Made by a program: the position numbers and the translations under genes. A stretch of 63,357 nucleotides of DNA, filler included, from Craspedostauros australis (lineage: Eukaryota), in NCBI GenBank assembly GCA_030167865.1. It is 4 parts of 4 records of this genome, joined end to end, with 100 filler letters (N's around TTAATTAATTAA, not from the genome) between each part and the next. Parts side by side here need not be neighbours in the genome. Positions count along the whole stretch, not along the records: positions 24,513 to 36,173 come from JALAGF010001261.1; positions 36,274 to 38,542 come from JALAGF010001264.1; positions 38,643 to 63,357 come from JALAGF010001265.1; 1 more part is not named here. The stretch is one strand, 5' to 3'. Below, one piece after another: positions 33,483 through 42,577 of the stretch (the stretch's first letter is position 1; every line of letters starts with the position of its first letter). A model generated the notes under the pieces. That model was given only the letters and a program-made list of their open reading frames with translations, was not told the origin of the DNA and ran no database searches.

Positions 33483-36088
33483 TGCGGGAGAGCCCCGGCC
33501 CCGGGGTTGGCGTTGCTGCGCTGGGCGTCGAGCTCCTTGCGTAGCTTGTCGATCTCCGCGCGCTGAATTTCGAGCCTGGCCTGGTTGAGGGACTCCTTTC
33601 TTTGTCGTTCCTGCTCTCGCGCCGCTGCTCTAGTGGCCTCCCTGCGTTTCTCGGAGTCTGTTGTCGCGATGGACGCTGCGTCGCCTGAGCCGGGAACTCC
33701 TGTCACTGCGGAGTTCATGGTCATGTGGGATCCCACCGTAGTTCCTGAACCAAACAGGCTTCTGTAGTCGAGCGCTGCCGGTCGGTGATTCTCCACGGAG
33801 GCAAGGTCTGGTGGTAGATTGGTGATGACCACACTCGCCGGAAACTCCTCCTCAAGGAGGTGCTCGAGGTTGCTGTGGTCTGGCGCATTGTATTCTTTAG
33901 TCGTGCTGTCATACGTGACGTTGAGATTTGCATGCCACGCATCGACGCTGAACCACTTCTCTGTCTTGGTGCCCAGCTGAATGCGCGCAACGGCTGGCAG
34001 GAGGCTCATGATGGCAGAGGCTTGGGCCATGTTCTCCTCAAACACGTGGCCAATGAGCTGGTCGTCATGTGCACGTGCCATGTCAAGGCTTTGAAAGATC
34101 GGCCGTCCTTGATCATCCCGCATGCTCATTATATGGGACCGGAGCGTGACGTGCTCCCGGTTGTCCCCATGAACTGGGTCGTCCAGCTTGGTGACCCCCG
34201 CCGTGTCCACGTACTTGAGACTCGACAGCACTGCCTGATGTTTTTGCACCAGGTTTGTACGGTGCCGTCGCTTCTTCTCCGTCATCTGCTCGTACCTGGC
34301 TTCCGGAAGGAACCGGAGGCGGAGCCCTGCTGGCCGGTTGTCGTCTTCGTTGAGGAGCGCACACATTCGCTCCACCGCGATGGCTGCTTGCGAACTCTCC
34401 GTTTCGACCTTGATAGCACGCCAGGGCTGCATCGTCCAATGCTTGCCGCTGTTCTTGTAGGCTTCTCTTGTGCTGTCGCACACCATGACTATGTTTTTGA
34501 GCTTCCCGCCGACTCTGGTGTTCTTGTGGCGTCTGCGGAACTCGCGGTTGAGTAGCTCCATGGTGCCCTTGACATCGTTGAAGCCTCCAGAATATAGCAG
34601 GAACCCGATCTCCTTGGTACTCTCGACCTGTAGCATGCTGATGTACAGTCCTTCCTGGTGCTTGTAGTAGTACGGATTCATCTCCGCATCTCTTTCCGCA
34701 GTGATGTTGGTGGGGTGCATGTCTGTTGTGATTCTGACGTTGGTATATGCCAGGCCACTGTCCATCGTGGATGCTCGAATGCCTTTGAAGAACACGCGGA
34801 GATCCTGTAGTTCCACTGGGATTTGACCCACGTGCTGGATGTACCGACGCTCGTCGAGTGTATCTTTCCACGGCAGGATGATGGCCGATGGATCAACAAT
34901 TCTGACCTGCCGGAACCATGCCACAATTCTGTCACGGAGTGCTTTGGTGGTGTCAGGCTCAGTTTGGTCAGCCTTGATCTTGAACATGAACCTGGTGGTG
35001 TGCTGGAGGCTGGGCAGCCCGATCAGGATTTGGCTTGTGTCGGATTCCGAGGACTGGTCGTCCATGGCAATTGTGGAGGCCACCTGGCTGAACGTGACGC
35101 CTGCGCGTCGTGCTGCCGTCTTCCGGCTGCCGCTTGGGGCAGGGGCTGTTGGTGCGTGCGCCGCTGGTTGCGGGGGTTGTTTGGAGCCTTCATCGTTCAG
35201 TTGCATTGGCACGTCACTGGTTGGCTCCGGCTGCGTTTCTGGCTCTTCGCCCGCTAGTGCCGCGAATCTGTTGGTGCTTGTGCCCAGCACTGATGTGCTG
35301 CGATTCGGAGATTTCGAGATCTTGGACCGTTTGGCCGGGTTGGGGCCGCCTGGGGATCCTTTGGATGCATCTTGGCCTGCCATGACTGGCAGCTTTGGCA
35401 CGTTGTCTGGGTCCCGTTCTTCATCCTCACTGTCAGTAAGGCTTGTGACGGAGAGATCTGGGGCCGTTCCCACGTCGTAGTTGGTGCCCAGCACCCTACG
35501 CGCTGCCTCCCAAGCTCTGGCTGGCCTGGATCTGGAGCTGACGCCCCCACTTGGCTTGACCTGGAAGACTTTCCGTGGATCGGTGGACGCCATCCGCATG
35601 ATCGCCATGCACACTCGCTTGCGCCTTGGGTCGTCGGACGGGAGACTCATCGGGCCGTACTGCGTGTGTCGCCCATTGAGAACTCGCCGGAAAAACAGTT
35701 CCCAATCCTTGACTGAGGGGTTTGCGGCTGTTGCCTCCGTCTCGTCTTTGCCGTACCATTTGGCTCTGGCGCTCCACATCTGTCCTGCCATGTAGTCAAT
35801 AGAATGGGCACCAGAGGCTGTCGCGAACGGCTCGATGTTGTCGCCGTATTTCCTCAGCGTCGTTTTCCACGTGCTTGTTCTGGGCTTGTACTCGGTGGTG
35901 AACTCTTCGGGAGCCAGTTCAACCATTACTCCACCGTTTGCCTCCGCTCTTTTGGCTGTGACACTGGTGCGATGAGGTGGTTCCTGAGCATGGGGGATAC
36001 TGTGTGGAGGCTGCTCCGTATCGCCGTTGTTGCGGCTGGAAGGTGGCCCTTTTTCGAGGTCCGCCATGGTCGGTTCGTTGCTTGACAT
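33476..36088 (-). CDS. LINE ORF1 (870 aa), with a C-terminal coiled coil
   Basis: Long ORF directly upstream of ORF2 on the same strand; its TAG overlaps the ORF2 ATG region (ATGTTAG). C-terminal charged helix EKRREATRAAAREQERQRKESLNQARLEIQRAEIDKLRKEL. Confidence 0.85.
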   Translation of the reverse strand: MSSNEPTMADLEKGPPSSRNNGDTEQPPHSIPHAQEPPHRTSVTAKRAEANGGVMVELAPEEFTTEYKPRTSTWKTTLRKYGDNIEPFATASGAHSIDYMAGQMWSARAKWYGKDETEATAANPSVKDWELFFRRVLNGRHTQYGPMSLPSDDPRRKRVCMAIMRMASTDPRKVFQVKPSGGVSSRSRPARAWEAARRVLGTNYDVGTAPDLSVTSLTDSEDEERDPDNVPKLPVMAGQDASKGSPGGPNPAKRSKISKSPNRSTSVLGTSTNRFAALAGEEPETQPEPTSDVPMQLNDEGSKQPPQPAAHAPTAPAPSGSRKTAARRAGVTFSQVASTIAMDDQSSESDTSQILIGLPSLQHTTRFMFKIKADQTEPDTTKALRDRIVAWFRQVRIVDPSAIILPWKDTLDERRYIQHVGQIPVELQDLRVFFKGIRASTMDSGLAYTNVRITTDMHPTNITAERDAEMNPYYYKHQEGLYISMLQVESTKEIGFLLYSGGFNDVKGTMELLNREFRRRHKNTRVGGKLKNIVMVCDSTREAYKNSGKHWTMQPWRAIKVETESSQAAIAVERMCALLNEDDNRPAGLRLRFLPEARYEQMTEKKRRHRTNLVQKHQAVLSSLKYVDTAGVTKLDDPVHGDNREHVTLRSHIMSMRDDQGRPIFQSLDMARAHDDQLIGHVFEENMAQASAIMSLLPAVARIQLGTKTEKWFSVDAWHANLNVTYDSTTKEYNAPDHSNLEHLLEEEFPASVVITNLPPDLASVENHRPAALDYRSLFGSGTTVGSHMTMNSAVTGVPGSGDAASIATTDSEKRREATRAAAREQERQRKESLNQARLEIQRAEIDKLRKELDAQRSNANPGAGALPQC

Positions 36089-36173
36089 CGTGATGACTTT
36101 CGTGTTGTTTGCTGTCTTTTTGGTACTGATTTAGATTTTATTTGTGTGCTGTTCGAGTTGTCGGAGTTCCGAA

Positions 36174-36273
36174 NNNNNNNNNNNNNNNNNNNNNNNNNNN
36201 NNNNNNNNNNNNNNNNNTTAATTAATTAANNNNNNNNNNNNNNNNNNNNNNNNNNNNNNNNNNNNNNNNNNNN
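36174..36273. other. Artificial contig-joining linker
   Basis: N44-TTAATTAATTAA-N44. Confidence 0.97.
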
Positions 36274-36357
36274 TTCAAGTGTGTATGAGAGAATAGCGGG
36301 TGAACGATGCACATATACACGTACATCTTGACATATACTCACATGTACATCTCGACA
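36274..36357 (-). mobile_element. Partial Ty1/copia LTR (5' end of an LTR; 5' LTR or solo LTR)
   Basis: About 84 bp nearly identical to 38246-38329, beginning TGTCGA on the minus strand and not preceded by the polypurine tract. Confidence 0.7.
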
Positions 36358-37333
36358 GACCGGCATAAAATCTTGAGGAGGCATTTATGGTAGTTGCGGC
36401 GCTGGATGCGGGAATTGCCATCAATATGACCGCCATCCTGCAAAGCCAGCTTGAGGGGTCGGTCCATCTCAGGGCTACGAGCCTGGGCAGCTCTCTCTAT
36501 GAGGCGGTTCGGCAGCAGTTAGCTGTGGGTCCACAGGCACTCCAAAAAGGAATCCTAGCCAGGCAGCGGGAACCAATGCAGAGCGAATTCCTGCAGCAGC
36601 AACAGTCTCAGAAATCGGAAGCCAAGTGGTCCAGACAGCTCATATGTCGCAGTTGGTGCATTTCCTGGGAGCAATGGAGAGCATGCAATGAGGCATTGTT
36701 CGAAGGTCAAGACTCGGCCAAAGCTGGACAGTTCAGGCCCTACATGACAGGGCAGAGTCACTCTGTCTTCTCCTCGAGCAGGACTGCACCAAGCATCTAC
36801 GACTACTCCAGACGGTGCTGGCCGGCGCTGGCTGGCAAGGCACAGGTCACGGTATGGGTGGAGCAAGCCGCGCTGACGCTACATGCACCGGCCGCCTCTG
36901 GCGCCCTGCTCAAGTGGCTGAAATGCAANNNNNNNNNNNNNNNNNNNNNNNNNNNNNNNNNNNNNNNNNNNNNNNNNNNNNNNNNNNNNNNNNNNNNNNN
37001 NNNNNNNNNNNNNNNNNNNNNNNNNNNNNNNNNNNNNNNNNNNNNNNNNNNNNNNNNNNNNNNNNNNNNNNNNNNNNNNNNNNACTCCCTTGGCAGCACG
37101 CAAGGAGAAAACACAGACACAGCATGCACACACAACGCATAGATTCCGTGCTCCCTTCGTACCCCGCACGAAGGTGAAAGGAGGCGGAGAATAGCGCCAC
37201 CAGCGCAGCCTCATACGTGGGTTTAATCTCTGTGTTATTCTTATTATGGTAGTTGCAAGTGTGTTATTAGCAATGGTATTGCATTAAAAATAGAGAGCAA
37301 TCAACTTTGTATTCAATGCACACAACGACAACA
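36358..37333 (+). mobile_element. 3' fragment of a second, divergent non-LTR retrotransposon (ORF2 C-terminus, 3' UTR and tail); includes gap 36929-37083
   Basis: AVRQQLAVG..GIL..KWSRQLICRSWCISWEQWRACNEALF aligns with the intact ORF2 C-terminus (AQHGVGW..WQADVTHELWLMILQQWTSRNRQLH). Shares a 3' UTR motif at 37144-37207 and ends in ACAACGACAACA. Confidence 0.7.
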
Positions 37334-38052
37334 CGTACCGAGTGTCCGAAACTACGCCATTACTACGTGAAAACGTGGACAACAAAAAAGTACGAAGAAA
37401 TACACGAAGAAAATGTGTGACGAGACGAGTCTCCAATTCTAGTTTTAGTCCAACTGGTCGACCACTGTTCCCATCGCGAGGAAACGTCGTGTTATTTTTG
37501 GTTTTGTCTCAGGAGACAAGGTCCTCGCACAAAGGTCAAAAAGTTTGCCTCCTGAGACATCAGGGGTCCTCTATCGCGACAGAATTTCCTCATGGATATT
37601 TCATTACTTGAGCACTCCGATCCTCTTGATGTCTCTGTTCTCTTGCCCGATGCTCTTGGCGTATCTGTCTGTTTTGTAGATTGGGTCTCCGACTACAAGT
37701 CAGTGCACGAGATGCTCTCTCGCTGCTATTCGTATTCTCTCTCTCAATGTTGTGTGTTCATGCTACACGATACTCTGTGTTCAATGTGTACTCCACATTT
37801 GACACTTCGTTCATTCACTACTGGCTTGCCACTCCATGAGTGCTTGCCACTTGAACTCTTCCTCATGTATCCACAATCTTCATGCCCTTCGGTCATCAAA
37901 TCTTCAATTTCTGCTTCTGACATGGAGACAGATGTCGACGTGGTGACATGATGACATCCTGTCGACTTCAGCTGTCGCCTTCCTGTTCCTCCTGATGTCA
38001 TGCTCCATTGATGATGTTGATGACTTGATGAGGATGTTGTTATTTGAGGTTT

Positions 38053-38329
38053 TGTTGGGAAGTACATCGAGGCTCGCTCGATACCATACGTTTCCATTGA
38101 TGGATGGACGGACAATATTCTTGATTCTCTCAGAAATCGTTGATTGCAAATTTCCTCCAGAAATTCTCCTCATGTTTCTGTGTTCCATTTCCACTGTGAT
38201 TTTGCCAAATTACAGCATACTATCGACACGAGTGTAGTTATACCGTCCAAGTGCGTATGAGAGAATAACAGGTGAACGATGCACATATACACGTACATCT
38301 TGACATATACTCACATGTACATGTCGACA
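38053..38329 (-). mobile_element. Putative 3' LTR (about 277 bp) of a Ty1/copia (CoDi-like) element
   Basis: Starts TG directly after the PPT AGGAAGGG (38330-38337). Candidate end ...TTCCCAACA at 38053; this end is inferred, not confirmed by a second full copy. Confidence 0.6.
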
Positions 38330-38349
38330 CCCTTCCTGTGTGCATTCGG

Positions 38350-38541
38350 TCATTCGAATGTTCTCGATGTATCAAGGTACGACTTCTCATGTTCACATTG
38401 TAAGTCGGCCTTGATGTTCTTGGTGAATCCATTGCTTGTGCTCTGCTCGGATTTGACGAAAATGATTTCGATGGTTTTGTTGATTACCATGTTCCTCACG
38501 TAGTGATGACGCACGTCGATGTGCCGCGATCGTTGGGATGT
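38350..38541 (-). pseudogene. Ty1/copia pol C-terminus (end of RNase H), truncated by the linker
   Basis: TSQRSRHIDVRHHYVRNMVINKTIEIIFVKSEQSTSNGFTKNI matches the copia KHID.R.H.VR...ADxFTK motif; the conserved Asp is Asn here. Confidence 0.85.
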
Positions 38542-38542
38542 T

Positions 38543-38642
38543 NNNNNNNNNNNNNNNNNNNNNNNNNNNNNNNNNNNNNNNNNNNNTTAATTAATTAANN
38601 NNNNNNNNNNNNNNNNNNNNNNNNNNNNNNNNNNNNNNNNNN
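38543..38642. other. Artificial contig-joining linker
   Basis: N44-TTAATTAATTAA-N44. Confidence 0.97.
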
Positions 38643-39761
38643 TTTGACACAACACACACACAAACGAGGAAGCACACAACAGAACCAAATCACCAACAAC
38701 GCAAGGAATCAAGGCAACACCGAATCCGCGACAACGTCACCATCCACAACATTGGATTCCATTGCCGTCTGATATCGACCGTCAAAGACGTCATCAATTC
38801 TGTCTATGGCGAAGACAAGTCAGCCAGGTATTTGTGTCGTAGAAGCTAGCTAAATATATCTAACCCTAATGGACAACACGAAAAATCATGTTCTAAAAAT
38901 ATCACGTGTTACGATGTCAAATCCGCAAAAACGTACGATTCTATCCTGAATGGGGCCGTACTCTGACGACAACGTGCTTCCGCTTTTGGCCAAGGATTGC
39001 GGTCGGCACCGAAAGCAGTCCAAATCGCGACGATCACCAATCACGACTAAAACGGGCGCGTTTGTTGTGTTGGTCCAGTTCAGTCCAGTCCTGTGTATCC
39101 ATTCAGTCTCGTTGGTGATTCGACCAATACGAGTGTCACAGACAAACTCAACCACAAATAATGAGAACAACTTGAAGACACCAAAAACACAAGCGCAGAA
39201 CTGCGGAAAACACCACGAACACAGAACACGACAATGAGAAACGACAGGAAGACCAACATCAGCCGTGTTGACGGCTCTCCTCATTCAATCCATAGGTATG
39301 GGACGAGCCACGAGCAAAGAACAATTCATCCACATCGTTGACGCTGCCTGTGGGAGCATTCCTCGGCGAGATCACGTATGATACGAGCGGACTAGAGAGA
39401 CTCTTGTTGTCTTGCATGGCAGAAGTACAGTTGAAGCAGAAGTAAATTGCTGTTCACATTGCGTCTCATGGCATTCCATCACATCAGGCAATCCTGGTCG
39501 GGTGCACTCCGACTGCTGGGATTGTATCCTTTTGCTCCCAAGAGTGCGCGAGACCATCCATCGCTGCCATCGTCACCAACACCACCATCATCGTTAACAT
39601 TGACCTAACCGTCATCAGCATTGTCATCGTCATTGTCATCATCGTTGCGTTCTTTTCGATCGGCTCCATTCTCTTCCCCACGACACAGGTAGAAAACAGA
39701 GTACATTCCTTGGACTGTGTCAAGCGTATACTCGTACAAGCAGAACAACAGCGCGAGCACC

Positions 39762-41060
39762 ATGTACTTCCAACCTCCGCCACTCTCCAAGCTGCAAGAG
39801 GCAGTGGAAGATCCCTGCAATCCCATCGGAATGAGGATGCGGGCGGCTTATTTCCTCAAGCAGGCTTTCGTGAATAGTCTCAGTAACAGTGGTGGATCAG
39901 CGGATGCGTCAACAACGAAAGTGGCAGCGGCAGCAACAGTGGCAGCATCAGCATCAACGCCAGGTGCAGTGACGGATGAGAACGATGGCAATGACGAAAA
40001 GACCAGCGAGGAAGTCGATGATGCTGAGCAGCGGGATCTGCAGGACGCCATCATTCAAGCGCTGTCAAATGGGTTGGGCAACGAACTGCACGGATCCTTG
40101 ATGAGGCACGAGTACGCCTACGTGTTGGGTCAATTGAGGGACGATAGATGCTGCCCCGCCTTGGAAGATGCGTTGAGCAAGGACGGGGATTGCGTAATGG
40201 TGCGTCACGAAGCTGCAGAGGCCTTGGGAGCTATCGGTGCAGAACGATCGCGGTCGGTGCTGCAGGATGTGGTCGAGAAGAACCCCGACACTCCGGAGTT
40301 GTCGGACACGTGCCGGTTGGCGCTGAATGTGATGGACTGGAGGATCCGCGGCGATCCAGCTGAGCCTGCCCCAGCAGCATGCGCATGCATGTTGAATCCC
40401 TACAGCAGCGTGGATCCTGCACCGCCGCATCCATCGCATGAGAACAAGTCGGAGGCTGAGCTTGGAGCGATTCTGCTAGATGACGACATCCCCATCTTCG
40501 ATCGGTACCGTGCCATGTTCTCGCTGCGCAATCGCGGTGGCAGTGCAGCAGTCAGAGAGCTGGGTCGTGCGTTGGTTGAGGATACGTCTTCGGCCTTGCT
40601 CCGGCATGAAGTAGCGTACGTGCTGGGGCAGATGCAGCATCCCGACAGCATCAGCGCGCTCACGGAGTCGCTGTCACGCCAATCGGAGCACATGATGGTC
40701 CGCCATGAAAGCGCGGAGGCATTGGGTGCCATCGATGGTGGCGATTGGTTCAAGATCGAAGCGACGTTGGAGCAGTACTGCAAGGATGATTGCGTGGCGG
40801 TCGCAGAATCGTGCGTTGTTGCCTTGGACGCTGCTGACTACTGGGGACACAGCTCCGCTCCAGCAGGCGGAGACAACTCAGATGAGGCAGTGCATGACGA
40901 ATCGAAAGAGACGGAATCGGGAGCAGTCATCTCGTTTCGGGACCAGAAGAATCTTTTGGAAGGTAAAGGAGGACCAGCTGGTGTTGAAGATGCCACGATG
41001 AGTTCTGCTCCACGAAACCCGCAGGTTCTGGCTGGGCACTTCAATGTTCTTTCATCATAG
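39762..41060 (+). CDS. DOHH: Deoxyhypusine hydroxylase (HEAT-repeat di-iron enzyme)
   Basis: Four His-Glu motifs (LMRHEYAYVLGQ, MVRHEAAEALGAI, LLRHEVAYVLGQMQ, MVRHESAEALGAI), linker YSSVDPAPP and RYRAMFSLRN. Intronless, 432 aa. Confidence 0.95.
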   Translation: MYFQPPPLSKLQEAVEDPCNPIGMRMRAAYFLKQAFVNSLSNSGGSADASTTKVAAAATVAASASTPGAVTDENDGNDEKTSEEVDDAEQRDLQDAIIQALSNGLGNELHGSLMRHEYAYVLGQLRDDRCCPALEDALSKDGDCVMVRHEAAEALGAIGAERSRSVLQDVVEKNPDTPELSDTCRLALNVMDWRIRGDPAEPAPAACACMLNPYSSVDPAPPHPSHENKSEAELGAILLDDDIPIFDRYRAMFSLRNRGGSAAVRELGRALVEDTSSALLRHEVAYVLGQMQHPDSISALTESLSRQSEHMMVRHESAEALGAIDGGDWFKIEATLEQYCKDDCVAVAESCVVALDAADYWGHSSAPAGGDNSDEAVHDESKETESGAVISFRDQKNLLEGKGGPAGVEDATMSSAPRNPQVLAGHFNVLSS

Positions 41061-42187
41061 CTCGTACGAATAGAGAGGAATGTGAGCACAAGTGCGAACG
41101 CGGGCTAGAGCAGCCATTGAAGCTGGTCAAAACAGCGTTCATATTCTTTGTTGAACTCCAATCCACGGTTGGCAAGAAAGTAACTGGCAGGGTCATTTGG
41201 GACAACGAGAAGATCATCGCCATCATCATCAGGAGCAAAGGCAACGACCTTCGCCGAAGCAGCAGCAGGAACGACAACACGAATGGCACAGTCGGAAAAC
41301 GCTTCCATGAAAGTAGCAGTAAAAAAAAACAATAGCGAACGCAACACTAGTAGCAGTAGCAACGTCAACAGTGATCGTGATGCTCGTCGTGAGCAGCCAC
41401 CACAGACGACCATTCCAGCACAAGCGCCCCATACGTTGGGATCACGAATGGCAACGTGTGGCGAACGTGGTGGACGCGTCATCTGCACAGGCATTGTGAC
41501 GCAAGTCAGCATTTTCCCCCAAGGAGAGGAGTTTCGATGATGTACCTCCAATGATACTATGCCTACCCGCCTTCCACAGCAGCCAACGATCAAGCAACAC
41601 TCCGCAGGCAACTGAGGTTTTTCCTTCAGCCCCAGCAATGCACACCAATACAAGTCTGTCGAGGAAGAAAAGACAAGAATCGAAAAGAAAACAGAGGTAC
41701 GATCGACAGATGTGTAGGTTTCTGGTTGAAAGAAAGAAACAGACGCTCTCTTTCATGGCTACATGCTTGTTTGCTTGCTTAGCTCGTGCTTGCCGGCTTA
41801 TTTGGTGGAAATGAATGGAGTCTAGAATATGATTTATTTCTGTTTACGTTCTATTGTATAATATGATATGATCCGTGCTTCAAGGCGATTGCTTGCGCTC
41901 AGCTCGGTGGTGTTGCTGTTGCGCGATTGCGGCTGTTTCTGTTGGTGATTTGTGTGTACCACCGACCCTCAGCCGTTTGGAACCTTGCACCAACATGAGT
42001 GGTTGCGGAATGAGGCATCCTCGCAGCACTGAACATCATGTGTCCGCACGTGCGGTATGTGACGCTGGCTCCAAGCGCCTCGGCACGGTTGCATGAATAT
42101 GAAGAGGAGTAGAGCATGTATGTATGTTTGTGGAGTAGAGAAGAGTATCTTGGTATGGCATGGGAACGGCTTGAATAGCTCGTTCGC

Positions 42188-42577
42188 TCACTGTGACACA
42201 GTGTCGTCTGGCATCATATCATCATCACTGTCGCTGTCACTATCGCCACGAGTATCTCTCGCGCTGTGGCTTGCGCCGAGCTGGCTGCGTCGCCGTGAGA
42301 CCCTTCGTGGCTGTGAAGCCGTTGGCATGTCGTCGCCGATGATGGACAACGTTTCATCGATGATGTTGACGATGTCCATGGATGAGATCGCTGAGGACAG
42401 TGGGAGCACGGGGTACCGGCTAAAACTTCCATCCAGCGGTGTGGCATGCGACATTCGCTGCTGCTGGCGTTGCCATTCCTGGACGCGATGCAACGACATC
42501 GATGTCCGCAGTGATCGTGGTGATGCCAGCAGCGCTCGGCTGGGAGACATGAAGGATGAGCAAGAGCCGGTGGACAT
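42188..42577 (-). CDS. Small Ser-rich hypothetical protein (129 aa)
   Basis: ATG after a CA-rich leader; protein-like composition with an amphipathic SSMDIVNIIDETLSII segment and an acidic tail. No domain recognised. Confidence 0.45.
   Translation of the reverse strand: MSTGSCSSFMSPSRALLASPRSLRTSMSLHRVQEWQRQQQRMSHATPLDGSFSRYPVLPLSSAISSMDIVNIIDETLSIIGDDMPTASQPRRVSRRRSQLGASHSARDTRGDSDSDSDDDMMPDDTVSQ

Larger units (their letters stand above)
27708..36173 (-). mobile_element. Non-LTR retrotransposon (LINE) with APE-RT-RNase H ORF2, probably Ambal-like; apparently intact, 5' end cut by the linker
   Basis: Two long overlapping ORFs without stops, a ~180-nt 3' UTR ending in (ACA)4 (plus-strand tgt x4, 27708-27719), and visibly higher GC than the flanks. 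The clade name is inferred from domain order and a diatom host. Confidence 0.92.

Noticed and set aside
28000..36085. Many plus-strand and alternative-frame ORFs within the LINE
   Set aside because: Expected in GC-rich coding DNA; no domain signal.
36274..38329. The two LTR-like copies as the ends of a single 2-kb element (TRIM)
   Set aside because: Orientation and PPT position place pol outside the pair, so they come from separate insertions.
41105..41653. 182-aa minus-strand ORF convergent with DOHH
   Set aside because: Only the last ~60 codons look protein-like; no domain or clear start.
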